Shown here one piece after another: positions 28,604-37,540 of a stretch of 64,000 nt of DNA. The notes below the pieces were generated by a model that worked only from the letters and a program-made list of their open reading frames with translations, made no database searches and was not told where the DNA came from. The stretch is taken from assembly GCA_046598395.1 (NCBI GenBank), contig JBKJIQ010000003.1, forward strand, positions 40,914-104,913, written 5' to 3'. A program made the translations under genes and the position numbers. Origin of the DNA: Acidimicrobiia bacterium (GTDB lineage: Bacteria; Actinomycetota; Acidimicrobiia; IMCC26256; JAENVU01). Each line of letters begins with the position of its first letter. Position 1 is the first letter of the stretch.

Positions 28604-29623
28604 CTACCAGCCGAGAATTGCGCCGGCGATCATGCCGAGGATGAGCAGGCCACCGGCCCGGCGGGTCAGCAGGAACGAATGGGGTGCGAACCACAGCGGC
28701 CAGACCGGATTCGGCATCGGTGACTCGGCCGGCTTCGGCTCGCCGTAGGTCTTCCAGACTCGCACCAAGAGCGGGATCGACGCGAAGACCAGGAGCGTCG
28801 CGGCGGGGAGGATCTGTGCGATCACCAGACCCACGATCATCGCGTAGAACACCACGAACATGCCGCGTGTGACCTGACGCGCCGGACCGTCGCCCAGGAT
28901 CACGGGCAAGGTACGCGTGCCGGCGGGACCATCCCACGGCGCCTTGTCGATGTGCTTGCCCATCAGCACGGTCGTGCACAGAATCGCGTACGGCAGCGAT
29001 GCCAGGACCACCGCTGCCGGAATGGTGCCGGTGGCCGCGTAATACACGCCGCCGACCATGAGCGGACCCCACACCACCACCACCGTCGGCTCACCCAGCC
29101 CCCGCTTCTTGAGCCGAATCGGAGGGGCCGTGTACGCAGCCGAGAGTAAGAACCCGCCGAGCGCGAAGCCGATGATCGCGGGCCCGCGTTCGATGGTCAA
29201 GAAGATCATGATCCCGAGGCACATCACGTTCACGACCAGCGCGTACACCGCCAGGCGGCCACGGGTCACCACGCCGGCGATGACCGGGTGCGGCGAGTAG
29301 AGGTTGCGCGGATAGTCCTTGGTATCGGTGCCCACTTCGAGATCAAAAAGGTCGTTCATGATGTTGTTCGCCATGTGCGCGAGCACGATGCCGGCGCCGG
29401 CAACTGCGAACAGGCCCCAGTTGACATCATGAACTTCGCGAAACACAGTGAGCAGGCCGGCGAGGCCCGCGGCCACGAGCGTCATCGGCAGGACACCCGC
29501 TCGGGTCAGCCACAACCACTTCGATACCGGGTCGAGCTTGCCCTTCGGCGGGTTCGTGGTTGCGAGCACGTAGAGCCACTTTTTCGGAAGGCTCTCACGA
29601 TGGTCGATCGCGGCGTCGGTCAT
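28604..29623 (-). CDS. UbiA-superfamily prenyltransferase (MenA-like)
   Basis: HMANNIMNDLFD...GTD, YTAPP.RLK.RGLGE, WGPL; multiple TMs. Confidence 0.85.
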   Translation of the reverse strand: MTDAAIDHRESLPKKWLYVLATTNPPKGKLDPVSKWLWLTRAGVLPMTLVAAGLAGLLTVFREVHDVNWGLFAVAGAGIVLAHMANNIMNDLFDLEVGTDTKDYPRNLYSPHPVIAGVVTRGRLAVYALVVNVMCLGIMIFLTIERGPAIIGFALGGFLLSAAYTAPPIRLKKRGLGEPTVVVVWGPLMVGGVYYAATGTIPAAVVLASLPYAILCTTVLMGKHIDKAPWDGPAGTRTLPVILGDGPARQVTRGMFVVFYAMIVGLVIAQILPAATLLVFASIPLLVRVWKTYGEPKPAESPMPNPVWPLWFAPHSFLLTRRAGGLLILGMIAGAILGW

Positions 29624-29675
29624 GGGTCTGGAGGCTACCCCTCAGCTCGCTCCCCAACTCACTCTCGTTGCCGAT

Positions 29676-29727
29676 CGTTTCTTGTCGCGATTCCGTCGTT
29701 GGAACGACGGAATCGCGATAAGAAACG
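29676..29727. repeat. Long inverted repeat (25-bp arms, one mismatch); terminator or REP-like
   Basis: CGTTTCTTGTCGCGATTCCGTCGTT-GG-AACGACGGAATCGCGATAAGAAACG. Confidence 0.8.
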
Positions 29728-29740
29728 GGAAGTTTGCTGG

Positions 29741-29843
29741 TCAGCCGCCGTAGTTCATCCGGGTGTCCTCCATCACGCTTGGTCGGCCATCCTCACCACG
29801 GTCACCCGTTCAACCGCCGTAGTTCATCCGGGTGTCCTCCATC
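29741..29843. repeat. 34-bp direct repeat duplicating the 3' end of the flavin reductase gene
   Basis: TCA(G/A)CCGCCGTAGTTCATCCGGGTGTCCTCCATC at 29741-29774 and 29810-29843, period 69 bp. Confidence 0.9.
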
Positions 29844-30367
29844 CTCAAGACCTCCGTGGCTTCGTCCTTGAGGAATCCAACGTCGACGACCTCTCCGGCG
29901 AACAGGGTGTGCTGACCGATCACCATGCGGTCCCGCACCTCGCAGTCGAGGTACGCGACAGATTGGGCAAGAATCGGCGCGCCGGTGGTGCGTTCGACAT
30001 ATTCGAAGCCATTGAGGGTCATCGCGTTCAGATCGACGTCGACCGGTTTGGTGAACTTCCGCACGATCGCGCGGTCCTGTCGGTCGATGAGACACAGGCT
30101 GAAGACGCCTGCCGCGTCGATCAACTCGTGGGTGAACGCGGCTTGCTCCACCCCGACCCCAATCCACTTCGGGGCGAAGGACAACTGCGTCACCCAGTTC
30201 GTGGTCATGCCGTTGCGCCGTTGCCCGTTGTCGGTACTGCCCACCACGTAGAGGCCCGATGGCATCTTCCAGAGCACCCGGCGCCGCAGCTTCTCGTACT
30301 CGATCTGGTCCTCCTCGGAGCTCACGCTGGCGGGATAGGGGCCGACCGGACCGTCGTTGATTGCCAT
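29810..30367 (-). CDS. Flavin reductase-like (DIM6/NTAB) FMN-binding protein
   Basis: LRRRVLWKMPSGLYVV, NGMTTNWVTQLSF.P, GAPIL, YLDC, GQHTLFAGEV. Confidence 0.88.
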   Translation of the reverse strand: MAINDGPVGPYPASVSSEEDQIEYEKLRRRVLWKMPSGLYVVGSTDNGQRRNGMTTNWVTQLSFAPKWIGVGVEQAAFTHELIDAAGVFSLCLIDRQDRAIVRKFTKPVDVDLNAMTLNGFEYVERTTGAPILAQSVAYLDCEVRDRMVIGQHTLFAGEVVDVGFLKDEATEVLRMEDTRMNYGG

Positions 30368-30472
30368 GCGCGCAGGGTAGGCGGTGTCCATGCGCGCACC
30401 GACGAACAGTGCAACGATCCGGGTGACCCCGAGACTGCACCGAGCGCCCCGACCACGTTGAGGAGACACCTG

Positions 30473-32083
30473 ATGGACCTCGTAAAGATCGCAACCTGGA
30501 GTGAGGTCCCGGAGCGGGAGCCCGTGGGCGTCACCGTCGACGGTATCGACCTCGTCATCATCCGGCGCGGCGACGAACACTCCGTGCTGTACGGCCGCTG
30601 CCTCCACCGCGGCGCGCTGCTGGCCGACGGTCAGATCGAGGGCGATGACCTCATCTGTGGCGTGCACGGTTGGGACTACCGCATCGACTCAGGTGTGAGC
30701 GCTTACAACAACGCCGAAGCGCTCGAGAAGTTCACCAGCGTGCTGGAAGGCGACCAGCTGTTCGTGAACCGCACCGAGGTCCTGCACTTCTCGATGCGTC
30801 ATCCCCAGCCCTATGACCCGGACGTCTACCAGGGTTACTACCAGGATCCCCATCAGGTTCCGGAAGAACCGTTCGTGGCGTACATCCACGAGCTCGCGGC
30901 CAACGGGCTCACCAAGACCGGCCACCACGGACCACTCGCAGCGATGGGCGTGCCCCGCGACGACCTCCCGAAGTGGGACCACATTCAGTTCGTCACCGCC
31001 CAGCTCGCCCGGCTCCCGAAGCTCGACGACGACCCCGTCGGCACGGAGGTCTGTATCGGTCCGAACGCAGCCAAGCCGCTGTGGCTCGACATTCCCCTCT
31101 TCGTCTCCGACATGAGTTTCGGCGCACTCTCGGAAGAGGCCAAGACCGCGCTGTCACGCGGCGCGCAACTCGCGGGAACCGGCATCTGTTCCGGCGAAGG
31201 TGGGATGTTGCCGGAGGAACAAGCGGAGAACAGCCGTTACTTCTACGAGCTGGCCTCGGCGCGATTCGGTTGGAACTGGGACGTGGTAAAAAAGGTGCAG
31301 GCGTTCCACTTCAAGGGCGGTCAGGGCGCGAAGACCGGGACCGGCGGGCACTTGCCGGGCAACAAGGTGGTGGGCAAGATCGCCGAGGTCCGTGGGCTTC
31401 CCGAAGGAACGGCTGCGATCTCTCCCCCACGATTCCCCGACTGGACCTCCCTCGACGACTATCGCCGGTTCGCGTCCGAGGTGCGCGATCAGTCGGGTGG
31501 AATACCCATCGGGTTCAAGCTCTCGGCCCAACACATCGAAGAAGATCTCGACGCCGCATTGGCGATCGGCGTCGATTATGTGATCCTCGACGGCCGCGGC
31601 GGCGGTACCGGCGCCGCGCCACTGTTGTTTCGCGATCACATCTCGGTTCCGACCATCCCCGCGCTGGCTCGCGCCCGCTCGCACCTCGACCGTCGCGGTC
31701 GGCGGGACATCACCCTCGTCATCACCGGTGGTCTGCGGCAGGCGCCGGACTTCGCCAAGGCGCTGGCGCTCGGGGCCGACGCGGTCGCCGTGGCGAACTC
31801 CGCGATCCAAGCGATCGGTTGCGTGGGAATGCGGGCGTGCAACACCAACAACTGTCCCGTGGGCATTGCCACCCAGAAGCCGCACCTCCGCGCCCGGCTC
31901 CCCGTGGACGAGGCCGCACAGCGGTTGAACCGCTTCCTGCGCGCCAGCGTGGAACTGATGGAAATCCTCACCCGTGCCTGCGGGCACGACCACGTGCGCC
32001 AACTCACCGCGGATGACCTCACCACCTTCGACCGCGACATAGCCCATCTCACCGGCATCGCCTACGGCGGAGTTTCGCTATGA
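30473..32083 (+). CDS. Rieske [2Fe-2S] domain fused to FMN-binding glutamate-synthase-like (GltB2-type) domain
   Basis: CLH...CGVHGW; SDMSFGALS, SGEGG, KGGQGAKTGTGGHLPG.KV, DGRGGGTGAAP, TGGLR, CVGMRACNTNNCP; SD AGGAG before ATG 30473. Confidence 0.92.
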   Translation: MDLVKIATWSEVPEREPVGVTVDGIDLVIIRRGDEHSVLYGRCLHRGALLADGQIEGDDLICGVHGWDYRIDSGVSAYNNAEALEKFTSVLEGDQLFVNRTEVLHFSMRHPQPYDPDVYQGYYQDPHQVPEEPFVAYIHELAANGLTKTGHHGPLAAMGVPRDDLPKWDHIQFVTAQLARLPKLDDDPVGTEVCIGPNAAKPLWLDIPLFVSDMSFGALSEEAKTALSRGAQLAGTGICSGEGGMLPEEQAENSRYFYELASARFGWNWDVVKKVQAFHFKGGQGAKTGTGGHLPGNKVVGKIAEVRGLPEGTAAISPPRFPDWTSLDDYRRFASEVRDQSGGIPIGFKLSAQHIEEDLDAALAIGVDYVILDGRGGGTGAAPLLFRDHISVPTIPALARARSHLDRRGRRDITLVITGGLRQAPDFAKALALGADAVAVANSAIQAIGCVGMRACNTNNCPVGIATQKPHLRARLPVDEAAQRLNRFLRASVELMEILTRACGHDHVRQLTADDLTTFDRDIAHLTGIAYGGVSL

Positions 32084-34116
32084 GTGAAGCGGAACAAGAA
32101 CGAGGCGGGACCCACGACGACGCGCAGCCAAGCGACCAGCGGAGTGTGGCCCGAGCGGCCCGGGCCGCAGGCCCAAGCGCGGAAATATGGCACAAGGTTG
32201 CGGAGTTGGATGACCTGCCCGACGGTCGGGTCCGAACGGTGGTTGCCGGACGGCATTCGATCGCGCTCACTCGCGTCGGCGGCAAGTACGGAGCGCTCGA
32301 CAATCACTGTCCTCATCAAGGCGGGCCCCTCGGTGAAGGCTCGATCGAGAAGGGCATGTTGCGCTGCCCGTGGCACGGGTACGACTACGACCCGCTCACC
32401 GGCACACCGCCCGGTGGTTTCTCTGATGCCCCTGCCTGCTTCCCACTCGAGGTACGTGACGACGGCGTGTACGTGGGGGTGCCCCCGGATGCCCCTCACG
32501 AGCGCACGGTGTCCGATGTCATGGTCGAGACGATGGTTGCGTGGGGAGTGACCCACGTCTTTGGGATGGTGGGCCACTCCAACCTGGGCTTCGCCGACGC
32601 GATGCGCCGCCAAGAGGATGCCGGCAACCTCACGTTCGTGGGCATTCGCCACGAGGGTGCGGCCGCGTTCGCGGCTTCGGCCTACGGCAAGCTCACTGGC
32701 CGGCCCGCCGCGTGTTTCGCAATCGCCGGGCCGGGATCTACCAACCTGCTCACCGGCCTCTACGACGCGAAGGTTGATCGCGCGCCGGTACTCGCAATCT
32801 CCGGCCAGGTACCGTCGAAGGTCCTGGGTCGCGGTGCATTTCAGGACGTGGATCTCAACGCCGCGTTTGCCGCCGTCTCGCAATATTCCAAGACGGTGCT
32901 GCCGGACTCTGACCACGCCGAGCTCATGACGCTTGCGCTCAAACACGCGACGGTGGAACGCGGAGTTGCACATCTCGTGCTCCCAGACGAGGTCCAAGCG
33001 AAGGTGGTAGGTGACACGCCGCGCGCGTCGTCACCCGTCGGACGCGTCGCGGTCAACGAGGTGCTCCCTCCGGCCGCGGCACTCGCCGATGCGCTCACGC
33101 TGATCGAGGGCGCCCGCCGACCGGTCATCATTGTTGGTCACGGGGCCCGGTTCGACATGGACGCGGTCCTGGAACTCGCTGAGCAGTGGCATGCACCGGT
33201 GCTCACCACGTTCAAGGCCAAGGGACAAGTGTCGGACCACCACCCACTCGGCGCCGGGGTGCTCGGTCGAAGCGGTACGCCGGTCGCAAGTTGGTTGATG
33301 AACGAGAGCGACGCGCTCATCGTGTTCGGCGCATCATTTTCGAACCACACGGGGATCGCGCCCTACAAACCGACGGTGCAGGTGGACCTCGATCCGATGG
33401 CACTCGGACGCTTTCACCCGGTCACAGTGCCGGTCCTCGGTCATGCGGGCGTCACCGCCCGGCTGATGATGGAGAGAATCGCTCCCGGCGGCGATCGGGT
33501 GGATCAGCGGCGCGATGTTGCAGCTCGCTGGGCGATCTGGCGCGCCGAGAAGGCCCGAAGACTGCTCGACGACCGCGGCCGCGGCGTGTCCTCCGCCGCG
33601 GTGTTCGACGCGATGAACCGACACGTCCCGGCCGATGCCGTGATTGCCGTGGACGTCGGTAACCAGGCTTACTCCTTCGGTCGGTACTTCGAGTGCCGCA
33701 ATCAGTCGGTGTTGATGTCCGGCTACCTCGGTTCGATCGGCTTCGGCTTCCCGGCCGCGATGGGCGCGTGGGCGGCGGTGGGCGACACCCGAGCGATCGT
33801 CGCCGTCACCGGTGACGGCGGCTTCGGTCAGTACCTCGCTGAGCTCACGACCGCGGTCCGGTACCGCATGCCGATCACGCATGTGCTGCTCGACAACCAC
33901 GAGCTCGGCAAGATCACCAAAGAGCAGCGCGCCGCGGAGTACGAGGTGTGGCACACCGATCTCCACAATCCGGACTTCGCCGCCTACGCGGAGTTGTGTG
34001 GAGCGATGGGAGTCCGTGTGGTCGCGGCCGATCAGCTCGACGACGCGCTGATCCGCGCCCTCGCGTACGACGGCCCCGCCTTGGTCGCCGTCACCACCGA
34101 TGTCGAACTCGTGTGA
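32080..34116 (+). CDS. Rieske [2Fe-2S] domain fused to TPP-dependent enzyme (pyruvate oxidase/ALS-like)
   Basis: CPHQGGPL...CPWHGYDY; RHEGAAAFAASAY, GPGSTN, GQV, GSIGFG.PAA.GA, GDGG...N; ATGA overlap. Confidence 0.92.
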   Translation: MSEAEQERGGTHDDAQPSDQRSVARAARAAGPSAEIWHKVAELDDLPDGRVRTVVAGRHSIALTRVGGKYGALDNHCPHQGGPLGEGSIEKGMLRCPWHGYDYDPLTGTPPGGFSDAPACFPLEVRDDGVYVGVPPDAPHERTVSDVMVETMVAWGVTHVFGMVGHSNLGFADAMRRQEDAGNLTFVGIRHEGAAAFAASAYGKLTGRPAACFAIAGPGSTNLLTGLYDAKVDRAPVLAISGQVPSKVLGRGAFQDVDLNAAFAAVSQYSKTVLPDSDHAELMTLALKHATVERGVAHLVLPDEVQAKVVGDTPRASSPVGRVAVNEVLPPAAALADALTLIEGARRPVIIVGHGARFDMDAVLELAEQWHAPVLTTFKAKGQVSDHHPLGAGVLGRSGTPVASWLMNESDALIVFGASFSNHTGIAPYKPTVQVDLDPMALGRFHPVTVPVLGHAGVTARLMMERIAPGGDRVDQRRDVAARWAIWRAEKARRLLDDRGRGVSSAAVFDAMNRHVPADAVIAVDVGNQAYSFGRYFECRNQSVLMSGYLGSIGFGFPAAMGAWAAVGDTRAIVAVTGDGGFGQYLAELTTAVRYRMPITHVLLDNHELGKITKEQRAAEYEVWHTDLHNPDFAAYAELCGAMGVRVVAADQLDDALIRALAYDGPALVAVTTDVELV

Positions 34117-34141
34117 GCCATATGACACCGGAGTGGCCGCG

Positions 34142-34747
34142 TCAGCCCTCGTTCGAGGCCTTCCACGTGTCGACGGCCTCGCGAAAACAGGCGGCGGCCA
34201 CGAGCAGGGCCGCGACCGGGTCCGCCCACCAGAGTCCGGCGGCGGCGTTGAGTACCAGCGCAATGAGAATGCCCGACGCGAGACAACCGTCGAGGAAGGT
34301 CATGGACGCCTCCGCTCGCAGGGGTGCGCTGTTCGAGGCGAGCGCGGTGACGCGCTTGGCTCGTGCCAGCCCGAACATGACCGCCGCCGTCACCACGAGG
34401 TAGGCGATCCCGAACGGGGACGAGTCCGCCTTCGCGGCGGTCGCGATGGAATACGCACTCGCGCCGACGAGATAGACGCCGAGCACCACGAACGACATCG
34501 ACACCAGGCGCAGCGCGCGCAGCGAACGCCGGTCGGCATGATGATCGGCGATGTACCAAATGGTGACCACCGACGCGAACACCTCGACGATCGAGTCGAG
34601 TCCGAATGCGACCAACGCAAGCGACCCGGCTGCGATCCCCAACCCGATAGTGACGAAGACCTCCATCAGGTTCCACGCGATTGTCCACAGCTGGAGCTTG
34701 CGCCCGCGCTCGAGCAGCGCGTCGTGATCGTGGCTCAGTGCGTCCAT
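34142..34747 (-). CDS. Cation efflux (CDF-like) transporter, TM domain only
   Basis: WNLME, GSLALVAFGLDS..E, SALRAEA-like segment, WWADPVAAL. Confidence 0.8.
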   Translation of the reverse strand: MDALSHDHDALLERGRKLQLWTIAWNLMEVFVTIGLGIAAGSLALVAFGLDSIVEVFASVVTIWYIADHHADRRSLRALRLVSMSFVVLGVYLVGASAYSIATAAKADSSPFGIAYLVVTAAVMFGLARAKRVTALASNSAPLRAEASMTFLDGCLASGILIALVLNAAAGLWWADPVAALLVAAACFREAVDTWKASNEG

Positions 34748-34805
34748 TCGAATCTCCCGGCGGGTTTCCGCCTGGCAGTCTCGCGGGAATCACCGCCCGT
34801 TCGGG

Positions 34806-35873
34806 TCACACCGCCTTCACGGGGTCAGCGAGCTGAGCAGAAACGAACGGCAGGTGGCGGTCGCGCAGCGTTCGATTCCACCAGATCCATTGGTGCGCAG
34901 CGTCGATTTCCTCATAGCTGAGTGCGCCGTGACGACCGGCCCGCGCGCTGATTGCGTCGACGAACGCCCGGTTGGCCGGAACGAAGGCCCGATCCACCAC
35001 CTGGGTCGCGCACAGGTCGGCTGGTTTCGTACTCGTGCATCGTGACGCGATGTCGAGGATGAGGTCGGTGGCATCCAGCCGGGCCACCAGGTCCGTCGGA
35101 TGATTCCGGTGATAGTAGGTGGCCCCGGGATCGCCGAGGCCGGGGAGCGACAACGCATCGAGGTTCGATGACATTCCACCGGCCACACCGAACAGCTTCG
35201 GGTGTTTCGCCGCCAGGAGCAGCGCACCATGACCGCCATTCGACACCCCGTCGATCGCGCGGCCGGCGCGAGTGGGGATGGTGCGGAAGTGACGGTCGAT
35301 GTACGGGACCACGGAGTCGACCAGATAGGTCTCGTTCTGAAAGGTTCGGTCCACACTGTCGTACCAGCGCCCGATGTCCCCATCCGGCATGACGACGATC
35401 GCAGCATCACGCGCACGACGCGCGATCCGTGCATCCATGAGTCCTCGAATGTGGCCGAACGTGACCGCGTCGGCGGCGTCACCTCCGCCACCGTGCAGGA
35501 GATAGAGCACGGGGTACCGGAAGCCGCTCTTCGCGTATCCCGGCGGGAGGTAGATGCAGACACCTGACGTGAAGGCGAGCGAACCGTCTGGGGCGCGCGG
35601 CCCGTCGGGGAGCACGCGCGTGACCAGCGATCGATTCGTGGCGTGGATCTTCTGACCGCACGCCCGCACCGGAGGAACGTGACCGGGTGGGAAGACCTGC
35701 GGCAGGCCGGCCGCGCCGTTGTCCAGCCGCGCCGGGAGTTCATCGTGCAGCGCGAGTTCGTCGTGCGCCGAGATCGGGGTGACTCGCCGGGGACCCGGAT
35801 CGGATGCACCCGCACACGCAACGAGCACCGCGACGCACGCCGATATGGCAACCAGAACCCAGCGAGATTTCAT
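34806..35873 (-). CDS. Secreted/lipoprotein esterase (antigen 85/Fes-like alpha/beta hydrolase)
   Basis: Signal with LVAC, IYLPPGY, YPVLYLLHG, VMPDG, GVSNGG, H.W.WW. Confidence 0.82.
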   Translation of the reverse strand: MKSRWVLVAISACVAVLVACAGASDPGPRRVTPISAHDELALHDELPARLDNGAAGLPQVFPPGHVPPVRACGQKIHATNRSLVTRVLPDGPRAPDGSLAFTSGVCIYLPPGYAKSGFRYPVLYLLHGGGGDAADAVTFGHIRGLMDARIARRARDAAIVVMPDGDIGRWYDSVDRTFQNETYLVDSVVPYIDRHFRTIPTRAGRAIDGVSNGGHGALLLAAKHPKLFGVAGGMSSNLDALSLPGLGDPGATYYHRNHPTDLVARLDATDLILDIASRCTSTKPADLCATQVVDRAFVPANRAFVDAISARAGRHGALSYEEIDAAHQWIWWNRTLRDRHLPFVSAQLADPVKAV

Positions 35874-36343
35874 GAGGGCGATTCGCCTCCGGCCCCCACT
35901 GCAGGAGCGGGGACGAAATCAACAAGCGACGCCGGACCCTCTTCAACCGTCAACCCGAGGTGCACGCTGATCGCGGAGACGTGGGCGTGGATGTGACGCG
36001 TACGTTCCAGCGTCTCGACGTTGTGCTGGTAGTCGAGATCGGCCTTCGCCTCCGACACCCGATCGCTGCGCTTGGCCGCGATCAACAGAATCGCACCCTG
36101 CAAGCCGGCCAACATGGAGAGGCAGAGGTTCAGCAGGATGTAGGGATACGGATCGAATCCGTGTTTGCCATTCGAGCCACCGAGGTAGATGATCGAGTTC
36201 GCGGCGGCCCACACCGCCATGAACACGAGAAACCCGATCACGAAGACCCACGAACCCATGCCGTTGCGCATCAGGTCGGCCGCGACTTCGCCGGTAGTGC
36301 GCTCATCGCGGTGGCGGCGGTTGACGGGAGATCGCAGTGCCAT
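35870..36343 (-). CDS. DUF1003 membrane protein
   Basis: MGSWVF, FDPYPYILLNL.LS, ILLIA. Confidence 0.85.
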   Translation of the reverse strand: MALRSPVNRRHRDERTTGEVAADLMRNGMGSWVFVIGFLVFMAVWAAANSIIYLGGSNGKHGFDPYPYILLNLCLSMLAGLQGAILLIAAKRSDRVSEAKADLDYQHNVETLERTRHIHAHVSAISVHLGLTVEEGPASLVDFVPAPAVGAGGESPS

Positions 36344-36522
36344 GTTCGGTCCTCTCGGCGCGGTGTGCAACCAGCATTGCCGCCGGCGGCGCAATTGCGG
36401 AGACAGGCTCCCTCTCCGACGACCTCCTCAGGAACGGTCCCGGACCTGGTCTCGGTATTACGGATTGCGAAACCTCCGCGCTACGGATAGCGAACGAAGG
36501 TCCCGCGCGCCAAAATGGGCCG

Positions 36523-37242
36523 GTGGAGCACCCCGCAGGCGTCAGCGGCGAGGGCGATGCGTCGCCTGCACACGTTGGTGACGTAGACGTTGGTGACGCA
36601 CACGGTGGCGACGCAGACGAGCGTGAGCTGGTGGCCCGACTCCGAACCGGTGACGAGGACGCGTTCCGCACGGTCATCGACCAGTTCGACCACCAGTTGC
36701 GTCGGGTGGCGCGTACCTACGTCGCCACCGATGCCGCCGCCGATGAAGTCGTGCAGGACACCTGGGTCGGCGTCGTACGCGGCATCGACCGGTTCGAGCA
36801 GCGCTCATCGCTCAAGACGTGGATCTTTCGAATCCTGATGAACATCGCTCGCACTCGGGGAGCCCGAGACAAGCGGAGTATTCCCTTCTCGAGTCTCGCC
36901 GGTGACGACGACGCCGAAGCAAGCATCGATCCGGCCCGCTTCCAGACGGCAGAGGGCGCGTATCCGGGACACTGGGCCGTGTTCCCCACCCGGTGGCACG
37001 ATCAACCCGAGATCCGTGCCGTCGGCCACGAAACCCTCACCGTTGTACGCGACACCCTCGATCGGCTGCCCCCGGCCCAACAGGAAGTGGTGCGGCTCAG
37101 AGATCTCGAAGGCTGGTCCAGCGTCGAGGTCTGTAACGCCTTGGAACTCACAGAGACCAACCAGCGAGTTCTGCTCCATCGCGGCCGCGCCAAACTCCGG
37201 ACGGCCTTGGAGTCCTATTTCGAAGCGGCCCGTTCCGCATGA
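36523..37242 (+). CDS. ECF RNA polymerase sigma factor
   Basis: DEVVQDTW, SSLKTWIFRI..N, LPPAQQEV..LRD.EG.S..E, NQRVLLHRGR; start uncertain. Confidence 0.92.
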   Translation: MEHPAGVSGEGDASPAHVGDVDVGDAHGGDADERELVARLRTGDEDAFRTVIDQFDHQLRRVARTYVATDAAADEVVQDTWVGVVRGIDRFEQRSSLKTWIFRILMNIARTRGARDKRSIPFSSLAGDDDAEASIDPARFQTAEGAYPGHWAVFPTRWHDQPEIRAVGHETLTVVRDTLDRLPPAQQEVVRLRDLEGWSSVEVCNALELTETNQRVLLHRGRAKLRTALESYFEAARSA

Positions 37243-37252
37243 CGAGGTGCGC

Positions 37253-37516
37253 ATGAGCACGGTCGAAGAGATGGCTTGCAACGAGCTCGTGGAGCGGGTC
37301 ACCGAATATCTCGACGCGGCACTGGCCGAGACCGACCACACCAGATTCGAAGGTCATGTGGGCGAATGTCCGGGTTGCTTCGAGATTCTTGAACAGTTCC
37401 GCGCCGTCATCAGCACCACGGGTCGACTCCGCCCGGAGGACGTCGCGACGGTCGATCCCGCAGCCCGCGACCAACTCCTCGCGGTCTTTCGGGATTGGCG
37501 TTCCGCGCCACGCTGA
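37253..37516 (+). CDS. Small soluble zinc-finger (ZAS, zf-HC2) anti-sigma factor
   Basis: MAC.ELVE..TEYLD..L, HVGECPGC (HxxxCxxC); directly after the ECF gene. Confidence 0.88.
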   Translation: MSTVEEMACNELVERVTEYLDAALAETDHTRFEGHVGECPGCFEILEQFRAVISTTGRLRPEDVATVDPAARDQLLAVFRDWRSAPR

Positions 37517-37540
37517 CGCGACGGGATCTAGCGTGAGCGA

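Noticed and set aside
29288-30472. ~395-aa N-terminal extension of the 931-aa ORF, apparently a giant fusion with an internal repeat
   Set aside because: It overlaps two real minus-strand genes, a hairpin and the 34-bp duplication; the SD and Rieske domain place the true start at 30473.
34750-34805. GC-rich hairpins upstream of the cation transporter as a possible metal riboswitch
   Set aside because: The gap is under 60 bp and I could not match NiCo, yybP-ykoY or M-box consensus features.
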